Below, piece after piece: positions 13,347 through 22,368 of a stretch of 57,094 nucleotides of DNA (the stretch's first letter is position 1; each line of letters opens with the position of its first letter). Under the pieces are notes generated by a model. The model was given only the letters and a program-made list of their open reading frames with translations, was not told the origin of the DNA and did no database searches. The DNA comes from Trichodelitschia bisporula (taxonomy: Eukaryota): the NCBI GenBank assembly GCA_010356995.1, contig ML996711.1, positions 260,518-317,611 of the forward strand, written 5' to 3'. The translations under genes were made by a program, and so were the position numbers.

Positions 13347-16067
13347 CTACAGCGAGGCATACACATTCGCCGCTTCGCCCAGCCCCCCCTTGCCATCTTT
13401 CCACTCCCCATCCTCCCAAAAATAGGCATACTTTTCGACTCCGTCCAGCGCATCCAGCCACGGCAGCACAGTCCCCAGGAAGGCCCGCACCTGGCTCTGG
13501 CTCCCTTGGGCATGAAACTCCGTGATCCAAACCTTCCTCCCGGCCCCAATCACGACCGCCCGCTGAATGTAGTCCATAAACCCGTCCACGTTGTCTGCAT
13601 CGCCATACCAATGTATCGCAATCGCATGAATCGTACAGCCGGTGCACACTCCCAAGAACGTCTGCAACCACTGTAACCCCCCAGGCGCAGGTCCGTTGGT
13701 CACAGCAGGAGACACCAGCGTCGCAGCGTCACGAAACTTGTCGAAATACACCCGCCAAGCAGCAGCGGCGACGGTTTCGTTGAGGTTCGCCTGCGACGGG
13801 CAATCGGGTTCATTGAAGGAAAGCAGCGGCGGGAGGTGTGTCGGCAGCCGGGTGCCATTACCCAGTGCGTAGACATTGTCATCCCACTGTGCAGTATGGT
13901 CTTGAGCGGGCGACCACAGCATCGGCGTATAGAGGAGAGTGGAGCTGAGGTTTGTGGGCGGTGTGGAGCACCAGTTGTACACCCAGTTCAGCTTGGTGCC
14001 GCTCGTGAAGGGAGCAAGTTGCTCGGGGAGGCGCAGTGGGAGGCCACGCTTCGTTGAGCTCGCCGAGAGGAGGGGAGTGCTGGATGAAGTATGTGTGGAA
14101 GCGGAGAGCGAGAAGGTGGAGGTTGAGGAAAGGCGTTCGGAAAGGACAGTTGCCGGTAGATGTTCGGAGAAGATATGTGAGGGTTTCTTAGTGAGGCTAG
14201 AGGCGTGCGAGACAAACGATGAGAAGTAAGATTCTGGCATGTAGGGCGAGAGTGGGGGAAGGACAACGGTGGTGGATGGCGGAGCGGAAGTCCACGTCCG
14301 CGAGCTGCGGTGAAGCCATGGCGACGGACCTTCAGGCAGATACCCGGACGGAATGGGAGCGGTCGCCGTCGCTGGAGCCACAGAGGAGCTGGGTGTCGAG
14401 ACCCAGAGGATGTACACGGTGGATGTGGTGTAGGCCTCGGAGCCAAGGGTCGACTCAGAGGTGTGGTAGATGGTAGCATCGATGGGCTCCCCCAGGTGCC
14501 GGAAGCTCACGTCGGTCGCGATATCGGAAGAGTGGGAGGGTGAAGGAATATCGGAGAAAGCTGAGCGAGTGGGAAAGTCGTCAGAGATGACGGAGGAAGG
14601 CAAAGGTGGATGCTCAGGGGCCGGAGACCGAACCAGGGGCACAGATGAAGGAGTGGAGAGGGAGTCGGCGAGCGAGGTCAGGTACGTCCGCATCCCCTCT
14701 TCTACATGTGGAGCGCCGTAATTGTGCTTCGTGGCTGGAGTCGCAATCGGTGTTGTGGACGGGTTCGAGACAGTGGACAAGTAGTTCAGGACCGAGGCCG
14801 TGTACGATAAGATCAATTCCCGCACATTCTCCGAGGAGTCTTGACCATCTGCCAAAGAGGCCGAGCTGGCAGTCGGTACGGTATACACGCTCGTAAAAGC
14901 GGACAAGTAGTCCAAGACCGAAGCTGTGTACGACGAGATCAGGTCCTGCGCATCCTCCGACGAGGCCGAGCTGGGAGTCGGCGTGGCAGACAGGCCCGAG
15001 GCAGTGGACAGGTAGTCCAGGAGCGAAGCTGCGTATGACGAGAGCGGGTTCTCGGATGAGTCTTGTTCGTCCGCCGAAGAGGCCGAGCCGGCAGCCGATG
15101 TGGCAGACGGACTCGAGGCAGTGGACAGGTAGTCCAGGACCGAGGCTATGTACGACGAGATCAGCTCCTGTGCATCCTGCGACGAGGTTTGATCGTCCAC
15201 CGAATTGGCAGTCGGTGTGGCAGACGGGCTCGAGGCAGTGGAGAGGTAGTTCAGGAGCGAAGCTGCGTACGCCGAGAGCGGGTTCTCGGATGAGTCTTGT
15301 TCGTCCGCCGAAGAGGTCGAACCGGCAGCCGATGTGGCAGACGGACTCGAGGCAGTGGACAGGTAGTCTAGGACCGAGGCAGTGGACAGGTAGTCCAGGA
15401 CTGAGGCTGTGTATGACGAGACCAGCTCCTGTGCATCCTGCGACGAGGTTTGATCGTCCACCGAAGAGGCCGCCGGTGTGGCAGACGGGCTCGAGGCAGT
15501 GGAGAGGTAGTTCAGGAGCGAAGCTGCGTACGCCGAGAGCGGGTCCTCCGATGAGTATTGTTCGTCCGCCGAAGAGCCCGAGCCGGCAGCCGGAGTGGCA
15601 GAGACCCCAGAGTGGGTGGACAAGTAGTCCAGGACCGAGGAAGTGTAAGACGAAGCCAAATCATGGGCGTTCACCGCAGAGGCGCTACTCCCAGCCGAAG
15701 TCGTATCCGCAGACGCAGCGGCAGCATCAGCCTCCACTGCCTCGGGAGCCTTGGACGCCGCCCAAACGCCGATACTCGCCTGAGCCAGACCAGGCTCGGA
15801 GCTGATGACGCAGTACGTGGTGCGCGGGCTGTACTCGGCGAGCACGCAGTGGAGATTGTTGGTGCAGGCTGCAAGGCAGGAGTCGAAGTTGGAGACATAT
15901 GCGGTGCCGACACGCGTGCTGCCGACGTACTGCGTGTTGCAGGCGATGCTGAAGTTGCCCCTGTGGCCGTTGATGCAAGAAAGGTCCGGTGGGCCTGGGA
16001 TGCTGGCAGCAGTGGCAAGGAGCGGGAAGAATAGAAGGAGAGACTTGAGCTGGGAATGAGGAGCCAT
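13347..16067 (-). CDS. Secreted modular protein: signal peptide, PAN/apple-like Cys domain, Ser/Thr-rich repeats, C-terminal GH128 (Asl1-like) putative beta-1,3-glucanase
   Basis: Single 906-aa ORF. GH128 motifs KRGL, WVYNW, PMLW, SFNEPD, AIHWY, VWITEF, VEKYAYF in 13347..14051. N-terminal C-x-C..CLAAC..C..Y..C..VWAA pattern. Confidence 0.9.
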   Translation of the reverse strand: MAPHSQLKSLLLFFPLLATAASIPGPPDLSCINGHRGNFSIACNTQYVGSTRVGTAYVSNFDSCLAACTNNLHCVLAEYSPRTTYCVISSEPGLAQASIGVWAASKAPEAVEADAAAASADTTSAGSSASAVNAHDLASSYTSSVLDYLSTHSGVSATPAAGSGSSADEQYSSEDPLSAYAASLLNYLSTASSPSATPAASSVDDQTSSQDAQELVSSYTASVLDYLSTASVLDYLSTASSPSATSAAGSTSSADEQDSSENPLSAYAASLLNYLSTASSPSATPTANSVDDQTSSQDAQELISSYIASVLDYLSTASSPSATSAAGSASSADEQDSSENPLSSYAASLLDYLSTASGLSATPTPSSASSEDAQDLISSYTASVLDYLSAFTSVYTVPTASSASLADGQDSSENVRELILSYTASVLNYLSTVSNPSTTPIATPATKHNYGAPHVEEGMRTYLTSLADSLSTPSSVPLVRSPAPEHPPLPSSVISDDFPTRSAFSDIPSPSHSSDIATDVSFRHLGEPIDATIYHTSESTLGSEAYTTSTVYILWVSTPSSSVAPATATAPIPSGYLPEGPSPWLHRSSRTWTSAPPSTTVVLPPLSPYMPESYFSSFVSHASSLTKKPSHIFSEHLPATVLSERLSSTSTFSLSASTHTSSSTPLLSASSTKRGLPLRLPEQLAPFTSGTKLNWVYNWCSTPPTNLSSTLLYTPMLWSPAQDHTAQWDDNVYALGNGTRLPTHLPPLLSFNEPDCPSQANLNETVAAAAWRVYFDKFRDAATLVSPAVTNGPAPGGLQWLQTFLGVCTGCTIHAIAIHWYGDADNVDGFMDYIQRAVVIGAGRKVWITEFHAQGSQSQVRAFLGTVLPWLDALDGVEKYAYFWEDGEWKDGKGGLGEAANVYASL
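14755..15665 (-). repeat. Coding higher-order tandem repeat: about 39-aa A/B subunits forming a 78-aa (234 bp) unit, 8 core copies
   Basis: Core L-x-S-x-Y-x-A-S-[VL]-L-[DN]-Y-L-S-T repeated 8 times. Anchor gagagcggg at 15040, 15274 (+234) and 15535 (+261 = 234 + 27-bp duplication). Confidence 0.95.
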
Positions 16068-16911
16068 TGCTTGTTGCAGTGAGTGACGGTGTCTGATGCA
16101 GGCCGCTGAGGTGACGGGAAAGGAATGGAGATGGGACGAGAGAGAGAAGAAGAAGATGAGAGGGGAAAGCGGTGTATATACAGCGGAGGAAGAGCCATGA
16201 TGGAGGAGGAAGGCAGCGATGGTGCTGTGAATGAGAGGAAGGCGCTCCGAGGTCCATCGTACGACATGAGCCTGTCTTTCCCATGATGTTGATGGGAGGG
16301 AAGGAACAGGGGGTCCATGGCTCGATGAGGCTGATGATGTGTGGCAGCAACGAGGCTGAGCCCCAAGAAGGCACGATGTCGTGGGTGTGTACGGGTACCC
16401 TCGCCCCCACGCTGCCCCACATGCCGCAAAACCCTAGCCAGGTTCCGTGGTCGGACTGCACCAGACATCGCGGATCGTAGCTTGCCACGACATCCAACGC
16501 AAAACTTAATGGATACCTGTATCGTACGCATCGTACTGCGGTAAAACACCCCAAGCGTGGCACAAAAGGACAGTAAACACACCAAACAAGGCAAAAGAGA
16601 GGCCCCACAGGCAACTTCAGCGCGTGCTGCTGACCTGCCTCATCCCTGAAGGGTTGCACTGCATGTCTGTCGAATGCTGTGATTGGCTCATGCCCCCTTC
16701 CGCCTAGCGTTTCCCCGCATTTTATCAGCTGCAGGCAAGCGCCAGTCAATGCGAGTGACGTATGCTGCCAAGCAGCTGGTTCGGCTTGTTTAAAGGACCT
16801 TCCCCTCATCAAAACCCCCTCTCTCTCGGTCTCCACTTCACACCTCCCCCATCAAACCACCTCCAATTCATCGCTCGACAAGCCACGACAAGCTCCATCA
16901 ACGTCGGCATC

Positions 16912-17908
16912 ATGGACCACGTTCGCAACGGTAAGCTTGCTGTTTCCCCTCTCCCAGAAGCATTGCTGACATTGCAGCCAACCCGTTCACTTCCCAGAGC
17001 TCCTACTCTCGGGGGAGCGTTCTCGCCTGGCGTATCGTGACGCCCGTGTCGTGGCTCATTCTCGTCATCACGAGCATCTACTACTCGGCGACGAAGCCCC
17101 ATGAAGGCAAGTACTCGCGCCACACCATCTGGGGCCAGAACAGCCACCGCCACACGCCGTTTGCCCTCAACTCGGTCATTGCGAGCTTGTACTGGTACGT
17201 ACAGCTGCTCTTCTCATCCACCAGTAACTAACCGGTCCAGGATTGCGTTGTACATCCTGCAGGTCCCGTACCTGTCGTCGCTGTTCAAGGAGGACAACAC
17301 CCTTCCTCTGACCCTGGCCTCGCACTTCACGGCTCACAACCTGCTGACCTTTGGCTTCATCCATCTGTGGTGTCGCTCTTACTTCTGGTGGGCCCTGCTG
17401 CTTGTTATCATCAACTGGTTCAACCTGACTTTCGCCTACTTCCGCTACCCCAAGACGCCGCGTGTGACCCATGTCGCCATTATTGCGGGTCCGCTGGCCT
17501 GGGCGTTCGTGAGCTTGTACTGGGATGGTGCTGCGGCGGTGCACAGCCACCACACAGCGGCCCGCATCGTGGCCAACGTGTTCTTGTGGACGTGGCTGGT
17601 GTATGGCGCCTTCTACATCGTTGCCTTCAAGGATTGGGCTATGGGCTTTGCGCTGTCGATTCTGGCTGCCGGTGAGTTGCATCTTTCTTTAGTGATGACA
17701 TTGCTGACATGGATTAGCTCTTGGCGTTGGCCAGTTCTTCACTGCCATCATTGCGCTCCAGTGGATCTTCGCCTTCACCATCATGGCCGTGCTGTTCGTG
17801 GCGTCGCTCCCGGTTGCCGCGCCTGGCGTCTTTGGCGGTGACGTCTTCAAGCGCGGCGAGGTGGTGAGCGAGGACCGCGAGCGGGCGCCGCTGCTGGCGG
17901 AGCCGTAG
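16912..17908 (+). CDS. DUF1774-family fungal multi-pass membrane protein, 4 exons
   Basis: ATG 16912, introns starting GTAAGC, GTACGT, GTGAGT. Spliced product NPF..TIWGQN..TPF..YWIALYILQ..SHFTAHNLL..GPLAW..KDWAMGF..LGVGQF..LQWIFAFTIM..RERAPLL. Confidence 0.85.
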
Positions 17909-18053
17909 ATTGGAAGTGGATCGAGAAGTGACAACTGATGGATCGCTGGACTAGGCAAATTGGCGGAGTTGGGTGGCACTCTTACGTAGTCATGCAGCGT
18001 GGTTAAGGAGTAATGGAAGCGAATCTGAATCGAGAAGCAATGCATTCTATGTA

Positions 18054-18768
18054 TTAAGCCATCATCGCACGCTCCAGCGGCTCGCGTGCCACTTCCCATG
18101 CTAGCCAGTCGGAGCGGGTGGTTCTAGTCGCTGTTAGTGCTGTGCATGAAGAGTAAATGGAAGGGAAACCCACGGCAACAACCCCATCTGATTAATCTTC
18201 CAAACCCCCAATCCCATCGCCAAAAGATTCATAAGCACATACACCGCCTTCACCGGCAGCAGCCGCGCACTAGTCCCCGGCGTCTCGTACCGTGCAAACG
18301 CGCCCTGTACCCCGAAGATTGCGGCAATGGGGGTCTTGAACAACATGAACACCATCATGATGCTGAAGACTTGGAGCGACGACCCGGACATGTACATCCC
18401 AATGGCGTTCATGGGGAGTTGTTTTGCGGGCGCGAGCGCGAGTTCCCAGGCTTTTTTTACTTTGAGGGTGTCGGTTTCAGCGGTTGTTGGGGGGGGCCGG
18501 GGGGGGGTTTTGGTGAGGGATTTCTTGGGGGGGTGTTAGCGGGTAAGAGGATGGGTGAGGGGGATGGGATGGGGAAGAGGAAGGGGGGTGTTGAGGGTGC
18601 TGATGGTGATGGTGATGGTGATGGTGATGGTGATGGGGGGGAGGGGGGGGGACGCACCCGGTCGCGCGTGCCGACGAAGCCTGGTGGATCGGTCAAGGCT
18701 TTCGGTTTGCTGGACACCGGCGCATTAAGCGCGAGGACCCAGGTTGGTGGCGGAGGGGCGGCGGCCAT
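18054..18768 (-). CDS. EMC4: ER membrane protein complex subunit 4
   Basis: Three exons giving DPPGF, LKVKKAWELALAPAKQLPMNAIGMYMSGSSLQVFSIMMV, WKINQMGLLP-TTRSDWLAWE; TAA at 18054-18056. Confidence 0.95.
18601..18636. repeat. (TGATGG)6 microsatellite in EMC4 intron 1
   Basis: Six perfect units read directly. Confidence 0.95.
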
Positions 18769-18999
18769 GCTTGATGTGCTGGGTATGCTGCGTCGGCGTG
18801 TGGTGATGGGACTTCGTCGCGATGTTATGATGTTGATTGCGTGGTGTTGAGGTTCTTGGGCGCAGGGGCCACCTCTCCTCCCCCCCCGTCCTCCCGCCTC
18901 CGCTCGCGCCTCCGCTATCTCCGCTCCGCTCTACGACCACGACATGGGCGGACGACGACACTGAGCTCCCCAGCCAACGACGACATTTCTACCGCCACG

Positions 19000-21206
19000 A
19001 TGAGCACCGGGCAGGATGCGAAGCTGTTTTCGCGGGTGAGTCTAGTCCAAAGGCCCAAAAAGAAAAGAAAAGAGAAGAAAAGAAAAGCTCCCTTGAGTCG
19101 CACTGCTAACAGCACCAGGGCAAAGTCGCCGAGCTGCGCGCCGAACTCGTCAGCGGCGGCAAGAAGGACAAAAACCACAGCGCAAAGAAGATCGCCCTCA
19201 AGCGCATCGTCGCCAACATGACAATGAGCAGCAACGACATGGTCGCCCTGTTCCCGGACGTCATTGCCTGCATGACCATCCCCAGCCTCGAGATCAAGAA
19301 GATGTGCTTCTTATTCTTGGTTAATTATGCCAGGATTAAGCCTGATGTTGCGTTGAAGGCCCTGCCGACTATTGTGGCGGATATGGCGGATTCGAATCCC
19401 CTGGTGCGCGCGCTGGCGTTGAGGACGATTGGTTATGTGCATGTGCGCGAGTTTGTCGAGGCCACCGTGCAGCCGCTTAAGGGCTTGCTGCGAGATGCGG
19501 ATCCGTATGTGCGCAAGACGGCAGCTTTCTGCGTTGCAAAGCTGTACGATCATGACCGCGCGCTGGTCGAGTCGTCGGACCTCATCGACCGGCTGAACGG
19601 GATGTTGCGCGACGAGAACCCGACGGTCGTCTCGAGCGCGCTGGCGAGTCTAATGGACATCTGGGAGCGCAGCGAGAGCATCAAGCTCACGATCGACTAC
19701 GCGTCCGCCAGCAAGATCGTGCAGATCCTCCCCGACTGCTCGGAGTGGGGCCAGACGTATATCCTCGAGGCGCTGATGAATCACGTCCCCCAGGACACGG
19801 GCGAGGCGGCGCTGCTGGCGGAGCGCATTGCGCCGCGCCTCAGTCACAGCAATTCGGCGGTGGTGTTGACGTGCATCCGCGTCATCCTGTATCTGATGAA
19901 CTACATCAGCGACGCGCGGGTCATATCCTCGCTGTGCGCGAAGCTGTCCCCGCCGCTCATCACGCTCCTCTCCAAAGGCCCGGAGATCCAATACCTAGCC
20001 CTGCGCAACGCGCTGCTCATCCTCCAGCGTCGACCCGAGGTGCTGCGCAACGACATCCGCGTCTTCTTCTGTAAATACAACGACCCGATCTACGTCAAGA
20101 TCACGAAGCTAGAACTGATTTTCATGCTTGCGACCGAGAAGAACATCAAAGAAGTCCTGACCGAACTCCGCGAATACGCCACCGAAATCGACGCCGACTT
20201 TGCGCGCAAATCGGTGCGCGCGATCGGGAAGCTCGCGATTAAAATCGAGCCCGCGACCCGCGTTTGCATCAATTGTCTCCTCGAACTCGTCGCCACGAAG
20301 GTATCCTACATAGTCCAGGAAGCGACGGTGGTCATACGGAACATCTTCCGCAAGTACCCGAACCAGTACGAGTCCATCATCAGCACTTTGTGCGAAAACC
20401 TCGACTCCCTCGACGAGCCCGAGGCCAAGGCGGCGATGATTTGGGTGATCGGGCAGTATGCGGATCGAATCGATAACTCCGACGTCCTCCTCGACGACTT
20501 CCTCTTCTCCTTCGCCGACGAGCCGGTGGAGGTGCAACTCGCCCTCCTCACCGCCACCGTCAAACTCTTCCTCCTCCGCCCCGCAAAGGGCCAGGAGCTT
20601 GTGCCCAAAGTGCTTAAATGGGCGACTAGCGAGACAGACAACCCCGATCTGCGCGATCGCGGGCTCATGTACTGGCGCCTCCTCTCCTCGGACTTGCAAA
20701 CTATGGACCCGACCACCGCACGCAGGGTCGTGTTGTCTGAAAAGCCCCCTATTAGCGCGGAGACGGAAACGCTAGACCCGACTACGCTGGCCGAAATGTG
20801 TCTCAACGTCGGAACACTGGCCACCGTGTACCTCAAGCCCGTAAACCAAGTCTTCCGCTCCGCCCGGCCACGGCGGCTCGGCGAGTCCCCAGCCCTCCAG
20901 CGCCAGCCCGAGAAAACGAAACTCGACCCGCTTAAAATCACAAACCCGGCCTTACTCCCCAAGGGCAACGGCGTAGGCCCCGGGGCGGCCGGGGGCCAGT
21001 TTGGCGGTACACCGAGTCCGGGCACCACGACCCCCGCCGCCGCCCTCGACGCTGCGGATGTTTATTTCGGCACGCAGGGAAGGGGGCAGCAACCGCAGGC
21101 GCAGGTTGCGGATGGGGATTTTGGGGGCCCTGGGGTGAGTGCGGGGATGGGGCAGAGGAGTGAGTTGGGGATGGGGGATGGGCCTTTGGGGTGGGGGAGG
21201 TTGTGA
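19000..21206 (+). CDS. APL1: AP-2 adaptor complex beta subunit (707 aa)
   Basis: Exon 1 19000-19035 (MSTGQDAKLFSR), intron 19036-19118, then GKVAELRAEL..KKIALKRIVANMTM, DPYVRKTAAFCVAKL, FFCKYNDPIYVK, DNPDLRDRG adaptin-N motifs. Confidence 0.93.
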
Positions 21207-21218
21207 GGGGGTTGAAAT

Positions 21219-21245
21219 GGGGGGGGGGGGGGGGGGGGGGGGGGG
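21219..21245 (+). repeat. G27 homopolymer 12 bp after the AP-2 beta stop codon
   Basis: Uninterrupted run of 27 G. Confidence 0.95.
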
Positions 21246-22022
21246 TTAGCGGGTGTTTTGGGCGTAGGGTTGGTAGCAATGGCAATGGGATGCATGCGTG
21301 CGATGGGACGAGGGGATTGATTAATTGAGCGTGAAAAGAGATTCATCGGAACGAAGAAACGGAGTGAAGCCATGACCGCCCGCCAGTCAGCCCTATGCAG
21401 CCCATAGACATCGACTTCCCTCGTATACTATACACATTTTGCCCGCAATCCCTTCCCACACCACGTCTCAATCCCCCGCTTCACCCCTATCCTCGCAAGT
21501 CCTTCTTCCTCTCCCCGCTTCTCGCGTCGGCACCTCATCCAGGGGACAGGTGCTGCGAAACTACACCCGTCGGAACGCTTCACCTTGTTGATGAATGTAT
21601 TCGCGAGTCGCTTGAAACCCCAGGTAAACGTCACCGTTGTGGCGATCAACTGCAACAGTAAACGATACTGGCCTACCACTGGGCAGGCGGGTAAGAACTT
21701 GTCTGTCTCTTCTCTAAGACTGCGGATTCCGGGAGTGCGAGGAATAGCCACCCGTGTCGATGGCTGTGAGGACGCTGCTGAGTCTGATAAGTACGTGGCG
21801 CGGGATTGCTTATATTGAATGTCCGGCCGCGGCCCCTCCTCGCTGATCGCACCAAATCGCTCCCACAGCCGCGTCAAAGTCCTCCATCCAACTCTTCATC
21901 CCGCTGTACCTAGCAGAAGACATGTACGGCTTGACCATTCGCAAAGGATTAGATTTGTGGAGGGAAATATCCATACAAATTGGCGTGTCGCGTATGCGAA
22001 CCTGGAGGCGCGCGGTTCTTAC

Positions 22023-22368
22023 CTGAAGCTGCGGGACACCAGCAGGAATGATTACGATTCTCCGTACTGGAGAGAGCATCCTTAAGACCAGCGTTGGTCG
22101 GGTCATAGCTTTTAACCTGCTTCTGTGAGAACCGGCCACAAAAATGCGGGGTAAGCGAGCATACCGTCGACTTGGTGTTGATGTAGTCAACGTAAGCAGC
22201 GACGCCTACGAGCAGTTAGTGATCTTGAGGCTTTAACCGCGCGCAATTGGTATTCTTACCGAGAGCGAGACGGACGTCGTGAAGCGCAAGCTCAGACACG
22301 CGAGGGTTCAGCTTCAGCAGCGGCGAAAGCGGCTGACCGATACCGCCGGCAGCACCGAGGACGGTAAC
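22023..22368 (-). pseudogene. Malate dehydrogenase N-terminal fragment with retained introns and a frameshift
   Basis: [33 protein letters not shown] | intron 22259-22206 | GVAAYVDYINTKST | intron 22164-22117 | VKSYDPTNAGLKDALSSTE, extra A at 22059, then IVIIPAGVP. No start codon or catalytic domain recognised. Confidence 0.88.

Noticed and set aside
14755..15665. Repeats as a RiPP/Kex2-processed peptide precursor or CRISPR-like array
   Set aside because: No KR/RR between units, no DUF3328-type gene seen, and the repeats are in-frame coding units without unique spacers.
20750..21206. AP-2 beta lacks the C-terminal appendage domain
   Set aside because: Known general property of higher-fungal beta-2 adaptins, not a truncation.
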